A stretch of DNA of 64,000 nucleotides. Origin: Pirellulaceae bacterium (GTDB lineage Bacteria; Planctomycetota; Planctomycetia; Pirellulales; Pirellulaceae). Shown here one piece after another: positions 43,765-53,688 of the stretch (position 1 is the first letter of the stretch; every line of letters starts with the position of its first letter). The translations under genes were made by a program, and so were the position numbers. The DNA is taken from positions 13,480-77,479 of the forward strand of contig JALCBQ010000001.1 in assembly GCA_028066335.1 (NCBI GenBank), in the 5' to 3' direction. Below the pieces are notes generated by a model. That model was not told the origin of the DNA. It did no database searches and was given only the letters and a program-made list of their open reading frames with translations.

Positions 43765-45024
43765 ATGTCTCTGTTATTATTTGAAGATCAATATGTTACC
43801 GATCTCTACCCAATAACGATCAGCCGACCTGCCTATACGATTACTTGTGGTAGCTTTCGACTTATGGACTGGATCGAAAAGCTGGATCGGCCTGTAAAAA
43901 CGATCATTCGCCGCTATTTACGTGAGATTGAGGAGGCCGATTTTCCAGCAGTGAATGCAACAACACTCACTGCCAACTCCCTTTCAAAGCCACTTATCCT
44001 TGTTAATGCTCGTTTATTACCCTCGGCGAAAAATTACCACTTACTCGCTGAAGTGATTCAAAGAGGTGAAGAGATTGCCCTGTGGTCTGGCGAATGTCTG
44101 GCGATTGCTCTTTTGCCCAATGAGGCGTCCTATCCGCCGGCGACCCTTGCTAGTAGTGAACTGACGACCTATTTTGATCGATTGCAATTAAATAAGTTGC
44201 CACGAGGGGAAGAAGAGCCTGTGTTGTTGCGATATCCCCATGAAGTCGTTGCCCACCACATGGAGATTTTAGGAGACAGCTTGGTACATCGGCTTGAAGA
44301 AACGGGAAAATACGAAGAGGTTGACGATGGTGTTTTCGTGGCAAAAGGGGCAGAACTTGGGCCTTATTGTGTGACCGATAGTTCTCAAGGCCCTGTTATT
44401 CTAGACGAGAATGTTACGATTGGGCCGTATTCACTTTTAAGTGGTCCCCTTTATATTGGTCCAAACTCTCGGGTGCTGGAACACTCGGCAATCAAAGACG
44501 CCGTTTCATTGGGGCACACGACCAAAATTGGTGGTGAAGTCGAGGCGTCGATAATCGAGCCTTTTACGAACAAGCAGCACCATGGATTTCTAGGACATAG
44601 TTATTTGGGGAGCTGGATCAATTTAGGGGCAGGGACTTGCAATAGCGATCTCAAAAATACCTACGGTACGATCAATATGGATTATAGTGGTCAAAAGGTC
44701 GCCACAGGTATGCAATTTATGGGGTGTATTATTGGGGATTATTCCAAAACGGCAATCAATACGTCTATTTTCACTGGAAAAACGATCGGTGCCTGTAGTA
44801 TGGCCTATGGGTTTGTTACTACCAATGTTCCCAGTTTTGTGAACTATGCACGTTCTTTTGGGCAAGTAACAGAGATTGCTCCCGAAGTGATGGTTGCTAC
44901 TCAACAAAGGATGTTTGCTCGGCGTAAAGTCGACCAGCGGGAGGCCGATCGGCAACTTATGTCAGCGATGTACGATCACACACGTTATGAGCGACAATTG
45001 GCCGACGAGCCACTCTCTCTCTAA
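43765..45024 (+). CDS. Putative sugar nucleotidyltransferase/acyltransferase with left-handed beta-helix ('alternative bacterial GlmU'-like)
   Basis: 419 aa. The N-terminus LLLFEDQYVTDLYPITISRPAYTITCGSFRL matches my recollection of this family. The C-terminal half has hexapeptide repeats (IGPYSLLSGPLYIGPNSRVLEHSAIKDAVSLGHTTKIGGEVEASII...). Confidence 0.68.
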   Translation: MSLLLFEDQYVTDLYPITISRPAYTITCGSFRLMDWIEKLDRPVKTIIRRYLREIEEADFPAVNATTLTANSLSKPLILVNARLLPSAKNYHLLAEVIQRGEEIALWSGECLAIALLPNEASYPPATLASSELTTYFDRLQLNKLPRGEEEPVLLRYPHEVVAHHMEILGDSLVHRLEETGKYEEVDDGVFVAKGAELGPYCVTDSSQGPVILDENVTIGPYSLLSGPLYIGPNSRVLEHSAIKDAVSLGHTTKIGGEVEASIIEPFTNKQHHGFLGHSYLGSWINLGAGTCNSDLKNTYGTINMDYSGQKVATGMQFMGCIIGDYSKTAINTSIFTGKTIGACSMAYGFVTTNVPSFVNYARSFGQVTEIAPEVMVATQQRMFARRKVDQREADRQLMSAMYDHTRYERQLADEPLSL

Positions 45025-45339
45025 TGAGAAGGCTTTCCTCGATCCTTCTTTTAGGCCCAATGGAAAGAGACTTAGCAAACAGATTAAAGGGCCTGAGAAG
45101 TGATGAGCTTTCGAGTCTTTGTCTCTTCTTGGGAAGCGATTAGGCAAATTTTAGCTTTTCAGTCTGAAAAACTCTAGGCAGGCAGTTTTTCTGTTGTACA
45201 AAGGGATTTGATCCTTAGTGACAGCAAGGTTCGATTATTTCTGTGAAGAGACTCTTCAATTAACAGATTGTATTTCATGGGAGTGGCTAAGCCAGATTTA
45301 GCCAAGAGCCTACCGATTTCAAAGGAATAGAGACAAAGC

Positions 45340-46224
45340 ATGCCTTTTTCAGATATTTATAAGCCGAGTGGTCTGGCGATTACCTACGAACTGTTTCCAC
45401 CAAAGACCGAATCAGGGGCCGAGGCCCTTTTTCATCACGTCGAGCAACTGTTGCCGTTTCAGCCTTCTTGTATTACCTGTACCTATGGGGCAGGGGGGAC
45501 GACACAACAAAAGACTCTGGAAATTATCTCATCGGTAAAAGAGCGGTTCGGCGTGCCTGTCGCCTCTCATTTAACATGTGTCGGTGCAACCGAAGAGGAG
45601 TTGCGAGGTTATCTTCAAAAAGCCCAAAATGCCCAGATCGAAGGAATTGTTGCCCTACGAGGGGATCCACCAAAAGGAGAGAAAGAGTTTAAGGTGACCA
45701 AAGGGGGACTCGCTTACGCAAACGAGCTCGTTACCCTTATTCGAGAAGAATTTCCAGACTTTCAAATTGCAGTAGCTGGATATCCTGAAAAACATCAAGA
45801 GGCGCCTTCTCTTGAGGTCGATCTTTTGAACTTAAAGAGAAAAGTTGATGCCGGTGCCGATGTTGTTCTGACCCAGCTTTTCTATGAGAACCAAACGTTT
45901 GAGTCATTCCGGCGTGAGTATGAAAAGGCTGGAATTACCAAACCCCTTGTCCCTGGGATATTACCAATTACAAGCTTTTCCCAGATCAAACGGATAACGG
46001 CCCTTTGTGGTGCTATTTTACCACAAGGACTTTCAAATCAGTTGGCTGATCGGGAAAATGATCCTGAAGGGCAGTTTGAAATAGGAGTTGAGTTTGCAAC
46101 GCGTCAGGTTGAGGAGCTTGTAGAAATGGGGGTTCCAGGCATCCATTTTTATGTTCTCAATAAGTCGCAAGCGACCTGCCAGGTTTTGAGAAATCTTAAT
46201 ATTGTCGGGTCGACCTGTTCGTAA
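45340..46224 (+). CDS. metF: 5,10-methylenetetrahydrofolate reductase
   Basis: YELFPPKT, CTYGAGGTT, HLTCVG, ALRGDPP and TQLFY motifs. 294 aa. Confidence 0.93.
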   Translation: MPFSDIYKPSGLAITYELFPPKTESGAEALFHHVEQLLPFQPSCITCTYGAGGTTQQKTLEIISSVKERFGVPVASHLTCVGATEEELRGYLQKAQNAQIEGIVALRGDPPKGEKEFKVTKGGLAYANELVTLIREEFPDFQIAVAGYPEKHQEAPSLEVDLLNLKRKVDAGADVVLTQLFYENQTFESFRREYEKAGITKPLVPGILPITSFSQIKRITALCGAILPQGLSNQLADRENDPEGQFEIGVEFATRQVEELVEMGVPGIHFYVLNKSQATCQVLRNLNIVGSTCS

Positions 46225-46291
46225 GTCGTGAGGCCCTCTATAGAAGGCTGTTTTGCGCCGAAATTTTACAATCGCTTAAAAAACACAAAGG

Positions 46292-46317
46292 AGATAGACC
46301 GCCCAAGCGGTCTATCT
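46292..46317. terminator. Strong stem-loop between convergent metF and rpoD
   Basis: Perfect 11-bp stem AGATAGACCGC / GCGGTCTATCT with a CCAA loop. An A-rich run upstream would give a U-tract on the minus-strand transcript. Confidence 0.55.
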
Positions 46318-46470
46318 TCTTCTCTTGTTTCGAAATAAGTGGGCTCAGCGTTCCTTAAAAAAACGTGTTCTTTATCAGAACGAGCCTCCAGAAACTCAAG
46401 TGCCTTTTTATTTCTACATGGTGAATGCTTCTTGGGAGAAACTAGGTAAGAATAGCCACCCGGATAAACA

Positions 46471-48039
46471 CTAGCAGCCAGACTTCTCTTCGAGCCCTTC
46501 AACAAAGCAAGCGAGCGACCGGCTACGATATGGTTGTTGTAGTTTGCGAACGGCCTTGGATTCGATTTGTCGGACTCGTTCGCGGGTAACGGAGAAGATT
46601 TTGCCGACCTCTTCAAGGGTATATGAATTACCATCTTTGAGACCGTAACGGAGTTGTAGAATATCTCGCTCTCTTTGGCTAAGGTCGCTCATGAGGCTTT
46701 GGATACGTTGTTTGAGAGCCTCTTGATTTGTCTGGAACATTGGGTCGTTATCTCGATAGTCTTGGAGAAACTCGCCAAAATAGCTGTCGTCGTGATCATT
46801 AACAGCCTGATCTAAAGAGAGAGGGTGCCGTACCATTTTCATAATGCACTTGGTGTCGGCTAGGGAAATGCCTGTTTTTTCGGCAACCTCTTCTGCTGAT
46901 GGGTCACGTCCAAGTTCCTGGACCAAATCGACTGTGACAGCCCGAATTTTGCTAATAGTATCGATCATATGAACAGGTACCCTGATCGTCCGGCTTTGGT
47001 CGGCAATCGCACGGGTAATCGCTTGACGAATCCACCACGTAGCATAGGTCGAAAACTTGTAACCACGAGCATGTTCGAATTTATCAACGGCACGCATGAG
47101 GCCGGTGTTACCTTCTTGAATCAGATCCAAAAAGCTCAGACCACGGTTACGATACTTTTTTGCAATCGAAACGACGAGTCGGAGATTACCAGCCGAAAGG
47201 ATCCGTTTGGCAGCATCGTGTTCTTGACGAATAGAGTAGGTCTTTTGGATTCTACGCTTGAGCGTTTTGGGGCTCTCGAGAGTCAGTTTCATAAGGAGGT
47301 GGAGTTCCTTGCGGAGAGAGAGTCGCTCGGTTTCAGTCAGTCCCTCTTCTTGCTGAAGGTTCGTTTGCAATTCGACCATCCGTTTGCTGATCTCTTCGAG
47401 TTGTTCAAACAACGGCTGGATACGGTTTGTTCGAAGATCGAGCTCCTCAATGAGGCGGACCGCTTTCCCTCGTCGACGGGCAAGACGTTGCCATGCTGAT
47501 TTACGGTCAGAAGAAGTGTTCTTCTTGTTAATGGCAATTTTAAAATCTTTACGATTGCACGCGACCAAATGACGTAATGTTTTGATATTGGGTGGCAGTA
47601 ACTGCATGAGATGCCGTTTGCCACTTTCGTTCGTAACCGAGACCTCAATAGTCCGGTCGAGCCGTAGTCGACCATCAAGAACTTGTTGAAAAAGTTCAAT
47701 AGATTGGCTAATAACAAAGTCAGTCGCCAACATTTGATACCGATATCGGTTACGCGCTTTTCGAATTCGGTGGGCGACATTGAGTTCTTCTGATGGGCTA
47801 AGCATCGGAATCTCACCCATTTGCATGAGATACATCCGGACAGGGTCTTCAACAGAGGTTACCCCGGTCTCTTCATCAAAAGTAATTGGTTTTTCATCAC
47901 TCTCTTCGCTACTCGCAATCCCTTCTTCATACGAAAATGTTTCACGATCGGTCGAGTTGCTCGTTAGATAATCTGAATCTTGGTAATCGTCAAATTGGTG
48001 TACCGAAGGACTCATCGTCTTCTCCAAGTGGGGCTTCAT
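46471..48039 (-). CDS. rpoD: Primary-type RNA polymerase sigma factor (sigma-70 family, RpoD-like)
   Basis: Acidic N-terminus. Region 1.2 DPVRMYL.QMG, region 2 [32 protein letters not shown]....[19 protein letters not shown], region 3 RVPVHM and region 4 [20 protein letters not shown]. Confidence 0.95.
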   Translation of the reverse strand: MKPHLEKTMSPSVHQFDDYQDSDYLTSNSTDRETFSYEEGIASSEESDEKPITFDEETGVTSVEDPVRMYLMQMGEIPMLSPSEELNVAHRIRKARNRYRYQMLATDFVISQSIELFQQVLDGRLRLDRTIEVSVTNESGKRHLMQLLPPNIKTLRHLVACNRKDFKIAINKKNTSSDRKSAWQRLARRRGKAVRLIEELDLRTNRIQPLFEQLEEISKRMVELQTNLQQEEGLTETERLSLRKELHLLMKLTLESPKTLKRRIQKTYSIRQEHDAAKRILSAGNLRLVVSIAKKYRNRGLSFLDLIQEGNTGLMRAVDKFEHARGYKFSTYATWWIRQAITRAIADQSRTIRVPVHMIDTISKIRAVTVDLVQELGRDPSAEEVAEKTGISLADTKCIMKMVRHPLSLDQAVNDHDDSYFGEFLQDYRDNDPMFQTNQEALKQRIQSLMSDLSQRERDILQLRYGLKDGNSYTLEEVGKIFSVTRERVRQIESKAVRKLQQPYRSRSLACFVEGLEEKSGC

Positions 48040-48431
48040 AAATCAAAAGTTGCTCAGCTCGCAGGACGGCTCTACTTAGTCGCATCTACCATACCAAAGC
48101 AATCTTCAAAGACAATTTCGCCGGGTTGGATGATGTTAACTCTTTTTGTATAAACAGGTTATATCTATTGGTGTAACTGAAAAAGAGTGGGATCAGAGAA
48201 AGAAGTTTTCTGAAATGTGCTCATTTTGAAACAATGGTGATCGCAAAAGAAGACAGTTGAAAAAAATCAACATCTCAAAAATCAGATCCGTCTGGTAAGA
48301 AACTACCGGAACTGCCGGTAATGTTGTCCCAAAGATGACATCGCCCAATTTAAGGTTTTTATCGAGGGGATACAATAGTTAATTTGGGAAATATAGAAAA
48401 ATAGATATGGCAGGAGGAAGAGGGAGTTTTC

Positions 48432-49370
48432 TTACTCTCTAATTTTCTGAGAAAAATCAGGAGAGTCGGCGTAATATTGTGCTCGGCCTGTTACGTAAGC
48501 AGCCGATTTGACATCTGCAAACGGTTCATCATGACGTATGAGCCCTAGTTCGTAAAGAAGGCGATCGGAATAGCCGGGCATGAGAACCTCTAAGGTATAT
48601 GGGATGCGTCCAGGGTAAAGCCGATTCACATGTTCCAGAAGGTTCGTAGTACAATTATTTTTAATCGTGTGATAGTACTCAGGCTTCTCTGCTAGCTCGT
48701 TTGCCCGCTCCATTACGTCGACAAAAAGGGAATAAACCGCCTCTTGCTCGGCCTGGATACGGTACATATAGACATCATTTTTTAGTTCGTTTGTCCGCCA
48801 CCTTACGATATCTTTTTCATCGCCGATGACATAAATAAGCTCGTATTGCCCTACCATTCCATGCAAAGGGTTATAATTTTCCCCTTTCTCTTTTCGAACT
48901 TCGACCGAGACAGCGACGTATTCTCCATCTTCGAACCCAAAGCTAATAAAGGTATGGGCCATCGAAGGCATCTCGGGAAAAGGGACCAAAAAAAAGTCGA
49001 CAGTCGTCAGTTTTCGCAGGTCGTATGTCTTGTCATAGTGATCCAATACATAGAGGTTCCCTTCGTCTAAGTGTAGGCAGTTTCTCACGTTATGAAGGGT
49101 AACAGTCTCGTCTTCATGGAAAGAAGCCTGACAAAGGGTCCCCTGAGCAGGTTCCCAGTCTCGGTCATTGGAAGGTTCTTCGAGTGCTAATAAGTCGAGA
49201 GGGCCGTCACTCTTTTCTACCTGACTACAGCCATAAAAAAGGCAAAGCCCAATCGGTATTAACAGTTGTAAACCGTTATTTAGAAAAGACATAGGGTTAA
49301 AAGACATCCGGTGAAAATGGAAGGCAGCAGGACTGGTACGCTCACGAAACCAAGCAGGCATATATGGCAC
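48432..49370 (-). CDS. DUF4105 (Lnb N-terminal periplasmic domain) family protein
   Basis: YDL..L..VDFF..PF......AHTF.SFGFEDGEY.AVSVE.RKEKGE.Y.P..G...QYEL.YV.GDE.D....RTN ... NNCTTN pattern, preceded by an N-terminal hydrophobic lipoprotein-like segment ending in C. Confidence 0.78.
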   Translation of the reverse strand: MPYMPAWFRERTSPAAFHFHRMSFNPMSFLNNGLQLLIPIGLCLFYGCSQVEKSDGPLDLLALEEPSNDRDWEPAQGTLCQASFHEDETVTLHNVRNCLHLDEGNLYVLDHYDKTYDLRKLTTVDFFLVPFPEMPSMAHTFISFGFEDGEYVAVSVEVRKEKGENYNPLHGMVGQYELIYVIGDEKDIVRWRTNELKNDVYMYRIQAEQEAVYSLFVDVMERANELAEKPEYYHTIKNNCTTNLLEHVNRLYPGRIPYTLEVLMPGYSDRLLYELGLIRHDEPFADVKSAAYVTGRAQYYADSPDFSQKIRE

Positions 49371-50055
49371 GATTCGATCGGCTTATCGGCCGGCAGAAGG
49401 AATACTCATACAAAATCGAGCCTGACAGGACAAGGTCAATTACGATAACCAAAGGACAACGTCAAAAGAACACGCCCCAGTTCAGGGCTTTGGTTTTTTG
49501 AATAAATACCATAACAAGAGGGGTGTATTGCCACCTGATTGTACTAGAAAAATAGGTCAATTATTGGGAAAAAGTAACCTAAAAGTGGTCCCATAGGGGG
49601 TAGAAATCGACCTCTTTTGCAATTTTTTACCCCATTTTCTGAGCTAACAGACTCGGAAGAACAAAAGAGTGTTTCCGAAGTTTGCCTACATGTCGAAACC
49701 ATCCCATATCTTCTATCTTAAAAAAGGGGTATAACATCTTCCACTTCAGATTTATCCCATTTGTAATTTGGTTGCATGTAGTAGTTCGCTTGGTGAGCAG
49801 ATGATAGCGAGTGGGTATTTCTCGTAGGTATACATGGCAACACCTCCTCCTCAATAGAGTAAAGTCGACTCTTCCCTGAAAAGAAAAAAACTTCCTCTCG
49901 GCCGTCATGGAGGCCCGGGCAAAACTCTGTTATAGTTGGTAGTTATAGCGAGATTTTGTCACAGAAGCTCGACAACACTGTAGATCTTCATTACAAACCT
50001 TATTCGTCCTTGAATCGACTATTTATCGAAACCAATAAGAAAAAGAGATTGCTCC

Positions 50056-51684
50056 ATGTCCGAAGATTCTTCCTCTCCAACGATGCAACAACTCGTCGAG
50101 ATATTCCAGGCACAACAAGAAAAAATCGCTCAAGGGGGAGGAGAAAAGGCAATCGCTCGCCAACATGCCAAAGGTCGCCTTACAGCCCGGGAACGAATTG
50201 CACATCTTATTGATCCCAATACGACCCTTCTGGAAATTGGTGAGTGGGCCGCCTATGAAATGTACACCGACTATGGTGGAGCTGTCTCGGCAGGAGTCGT
50301 TACTGCTGTTGGTCAAGTTCAAAATCGAAAGGTCATGCTCATTGCCAACGATGCAACGGTCAAGGCAGGTGCCTTTTTTCCGGCGACCTCCAAAAAAGTC
50401 TTGCGAGCTCAGAAGATCGCATTTCAGAACCATTTACCTCTTATTTATCTCGTCGATTCGGCCGGTATCTTTTTGCCATTACAAGAAGATGTCTTTCCCG
50501 ATGAAGACGATTTTGGACGTATTTTTAGGAACAATGCAATCATCTCGGCTGCCGGTATTCCACAGACAGCAGCGATTATGGGGAACTGTGTTGCCGGTGG
50601 TGGCTATCTCCCCGTCCTTTGTGATGAGGTTTTAATGACCGAAGGTTCGGGCCTCTACCTTGCTGGCCCGGCCCTTGTGAAAAGTGCCATTGGTCAAGTC
50701 GTCGATAGTGAAGATTTAGGTGGTGCCCAAATGCACGCCGCTATTAGTGGAACCATTGATTATCGTGAGCCAAACGACGAGGCATGTCTCGACCGATTAC
50801 GACAACTCTACGGAAAGCATCGCCCCGACGACCCCAAGGCGGTCGCCCCTTTTTTTCAAAACGAATCCAAAGAGCCGGCCCGTCCCCCAAAAGATATTTA
50901 TGAGATCGTCGATCCTGATTCTCGGAAAGAGTATGAGGTCAAAGATCTACTCGAATGTCTCGTCGATGAAGGGACCTTTGACGAGTATAAAGAAGAAATT
51001 GGCCAGACGATCGTCTGTGGTACTGCTAATATTGGAGGGTATGCCGTCGGGATTGTTGCAAACCAACATCACCGTGTCGTCTCTGCGAGTGGTCAGTTTG
51101 AATTTGGTAGTGTCGTTTATGTCGAGTCGGCTGAGAAGGCGGCCCGCTTTATCATGAATTGTAACCAACAGTGGTTACCGATTCTTTTCCTGCAGGATGT
51201 CAATGGCTTTATGGTCGGCCGAGATTCCGAACATAGTGGGATTATCAAAGCAGGTGCCAAAATGGTCAACGCTCTGAGTAATAGCCGTGTCCCCAAAATC
51301 ACTGTCTTAACAGGTGGTTCGTATGGTGCAGGAAATTACGCCATGTGTGGCAAGGCATTCGATCCTCGTTTTATTTTTGCTTGGCCTAATGCACGTTGTG
51401 CAGTAATGGGAGGCGCCCAAGCGACCTCGACTTTGCTCGAAATTACAATTCGTAGCCTCAAAAGAGATGGGCACGAGGTTGATGCAAAAGAGCTGGAGAC
51501 CTTGCGACAAAAAGTTCAGGCCGATTACGATCGTCAAACCGATGTCCGTTATGGCGCTGCACGGGGCTGGGTCGACGCGATCATTGACCCTGCTAAAACG
51601 AGGGACGTTTTGGTTGACGCTCTGGCTCTCGTAACTCGAAAAGCGAGCGATGAACCGTACCGTGTCGGTGTCTACCAAGTTTAG
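50056..51684 (+). CDS. Acyl-CoA carboxylase carboxyltransferase (beta) subunit, methylcrotonyl-/geranyl-CoA carboxylase type
   Basis: 542 aa. GGGEKAIARQHAKGRLTARERI..L.DP, the MGNCVAGGGYLP motif, LAGP.LV and GGSYGAGNYAM are typical of the MccB/AtuC/PccB family. Confidence 0.9.
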   Translation: MSEDSSSPTMQQLVEIFQAQQEKIAQGGGEKAIARQHAKGRLTARERIAHLIDPNTTLLEIGEWAAYEMYTDYGGAVSAGVVTAVGQVQNRKVMLIANDATVKAGAFFPATSKKVLRAQKIAFQNHLPLIYLVDSAGIFLPLQEDVFPDEDDFGRIFRNNAIISAAGIPQTAAIMGNCVAGGGYLPVLCDEVLMTEGSGLYLAGPALVKSAIGQVVDSEDLGGAQMHAAISGTIDYREPNDEACLDRLRQLYGKHRPDDPKAVAPFFQNESKEPARPPKDIYEIVDPDSRKEYEVKDLLECLVDEGTFDEYKEEIGQTIVCGTANIGGYAVGIVANQHHRVVSASGQFEFGSVVYVESAEKAARFIMNCNQQWLPILFLQDVNGFMVGRDSEHSGIIKAGAKMVNALSNSRVPKITVLTGGSYGAGNYAMCGKAFDPRFIFAWPNARCAVMGGAQATSTLLEITIRSLKRDGHEVDAKELETLRQKVQADYDRQTDVRYGAARGWVDAIIDPAKTRDVLVDALALVTRKASDEPYRVGVYQV

Positions 51685-51764
51685 CCGAGCATTCCTTGCG
51701 ACCTTGGCAGTAGGCTAAACAGGAGACTAACAAGGGTTTTGACAAAGGTACAACACAGAATTTC

Positions 51765-53204
51765 ATGACAAAGGATTTGCCAATGACCATTCGAATAGGT
51801 GGGGGAGCCGGTTTTCTCGGTGACAACCTTGATGCACCCAGAGAGTTGGCCGAGCGAGGGGAACTCAACTATTTGACCCTTGAGTACCTTGCCGAGCTGA
51901 CCCTTTCGATTTTGGCAAGACAGAAAGAGAAAGATCCAACCAAAGGGTTTGCGGCCGATTTAATTCCTGTTACCGAGAGTCTTGTTCCTATATTTCAACA
52001 ACAAACAGATCTTCGTCTTATCTCCAATGGAGGCGGGATGAATCCTGCCGCTGCCGCTCAGGCCGTCGCTGCCGTTATCGCTCCTTCACTCCCACAAAAA
52101 AAAATCGCTGTTGTCACTGGCGACGACCTCTATCCCCACTTGGAAAATTTTCTAAAACAGGGGAATCGGTTTGAACATTTTGAGACAGGGGAGCCGTTGG
52201 TTGAGGCACTTTTTCGAAAGGAGCTTCTCCCTAAGAGGGTGGAGCAATCAAGTGACCGATTGGGTGATTGCCTATTACCTGTTGTGAGTGCCAACGCCTA
52301 TCTTGGTGCCGAGCCGATTTGTAAGAGCCTTGGCGAAGGTGCCGAGATTGTTTTGACCGGTCGTGGCTCAGATGCGGCATTGACGGTCGGGCCGGCCCTT
52401 CATGAATTTGGCTGGAGTCTAACTGATTACGATAAAATTGCAGCCGCAACGGTCGCTGGCCATCTTATTGAGTGTGGTGCCCAGGCGACGGGGGCCTATA
52501 CAACGAGTTGGCAAAATGTCGACCTCGCCGAGGTCGGCTACCCGATTGCTCAGCTCGACGCTGCGGGGGCACTCGTTTTAACAAAACCGGAGGGGACCGG
52601 TGGGGTCGTTAATCGACGGACGGTCATTGAACAACTGGTTTACGAAATCGGCGATCCAAGCCTCTATTTTACCCCTGACGTAACGGTCGATTTTACAACG
52701 ATCAATGTCGACGAAATCGGCCCCGACCGAGTTGCGCTAACTGGTTTGACCGGAAGTTCCCCCCCCGAAACATACAAAGTCTCACTTGCCTACCGAAATG
52801 GTTTTACAACGAGTAGCCAACTGTTGGTCTATGGGAGCGATTGTATCGACAAGGCACGGGCCTGTTCCGAAATCGTCTTTGACCGGTTAGCCAAAATCGG
52901 CCTTAAGTACGACCGGAAAAATGTTGAACTACTCGGTCTCGGCCAGGGGGTCGTCGGCGTCAATGAGGCGACGAGTGCCAATGAGGTCGTTCTGCGAATT
53001 AGTGTCGCTGACAAAAGTCGTGACAAGGTAGTCCGATTTACTCAAGAGATCGCTCCCTTAATTACGAGTGGCCCGGCCGGTTTGGCCGGTTACGCTGTTG
53101 CCCGTAGTCCGGTTCGCCCGGTCTTTGCCTATTGGCCAACGACGATCTCCCGAGAGCTCCTCTCTTCAGAGGTCGTTGTCAAACCGGCTGCGAGCTGGCG
53201 TTAA
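51765..53204 (+). CDS. AtuA family protein (acyclic terpene utilisation, DUF1446)
   Basis: 479 aa. IRIGGGAGF.GD......EL.E.G.L.YL..EYLAE.T..IL and HLIECG.Q.TG motifs match my recollection of AtuA/DUF1446. Confidence 0.83.
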   Translation: MTKDLPMTIRIGGGAGFLGDNLDAPRELAERGELNYLTLEYLAELTLSILARQKEKDPTKGFAADLIPVTESLVPIFQQQTDLRLISNGGGMNPAAAAQAVAAVIAPSLPQKKIAVVTGDDLYPHLENFLKQGNRFEHFETGEPLVEALFRKELLPKRVEQSSDRLGDCLLPVVSANAYLGAEPICKSLGEGAEIVLTGRGSDAALTVGPALHEFGWSLTDYDKIAAATVAGHLIECGAQATGAYTTSWQNVDLAEVGYPIAQLDAAGALVLTKPEGTGGVVNRRTVIEQLVYEIGDPSLYFTPDVTVDFTTINVDEIGPDRVALTGLTGSSPPETYKVSLAYRNGFTTSSQLLVYGSDCIDKARACSEIVFDRLAKIGLKYDRKNVELLGLGQGVVGVNEATSANEVVLRISVADKSRDKVVRFTQEIAPLITSGPAGLAGYAVARSPVRPVFAYWPTTISRELLSSEVVVKPAASWR

Positions 53205-53250
53205 AGTTGTTCTTGGAAAAAATGTAGAGTTCTAAAGCGATTCAAAATAT

Positions 53251-53577
53251 ATGGCGAGAGGTACAATGCCAACCAAAATTTCAGAACTAGCGACTGCAAG
53301 GAGTGGCGACAAGGGAAACCATGCGAATATTGGGGTCGTTGCCCACAATGAGCATAGTTACGCCATTCTAAAAAAGTGGCTCACCAGCGAGGTCGTCGCC
53401 GAATACTTTCGATCTCTTGGAGCGACCGAGGTCCGCCGCTACGAGCTTCCTAGAGTGCAAAGCCTGAACTTTGTTTTATACAATAGCCTTGGTGGTGGGG
53501 CGAGCGAGTCACTTAGAATCGACACTCAGGGAAAACTCCTGGCGACAGCACTTCTGGAGCAAGAGTTGCCCGAATAG
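53251..53577 (+). CDS. Small AtuA-associated protein (~100 aa)
   Basis: 108 aa. L....RSGDKG...N.GV.A.....Y..L...L....V..YF. I recall a conserved ~100-aa partner encoded directly after atuA-family genes, possibly DUF4387 (unverified). Confidence 0.6.
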   Translation: MARGTMPTKISELATARSGDKGNHANIGVVAHNEHSYAILKKWLTSEVVAEYFRSLGATEVRRYELPRVQSLNFVLYNSLGGGASESLRIDTQGKLLATALLEQELPE

Positions 53578-53688
53578 TTTTTGACCCATACCGTGGTTTC
53601 TAAGGTCTCTAAGCGACTCTGCGATTCTTCTGCGATATCTGTAAAAGTAACGATAAAACGACAATAAAATAGCTAAAGAAAGAAAACA

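Noticed and set aside
45025-45339. Looked for a SAM-type riboswitch in the 315-bp leader of metF. The dyad TGGCTAAGCCA caught the eye.
   Set aside because: I could not match SAM-I, SAM-II or SAH consensus elements. A single 5-bp dyad is insufficient.
46266-46634. 122-aa minus-strand ORF overlapping the 3-prime end of rpoD and the metF/rpoD terminator.
   Set aside because: It overlaps the conserved region-4 coding sequence of rpoD in another frame and runs through an 11-bp terminator stem, so it is implausible as a gene.
49355-49375. TGGCACGATTCGATCG resembles the -24 half of a sigma54 promoter.
   Set aside because: The -12 position reads GATC instead of TTGC, and the element overlaps the start codon region of the minus-strand DUF4105 gene.
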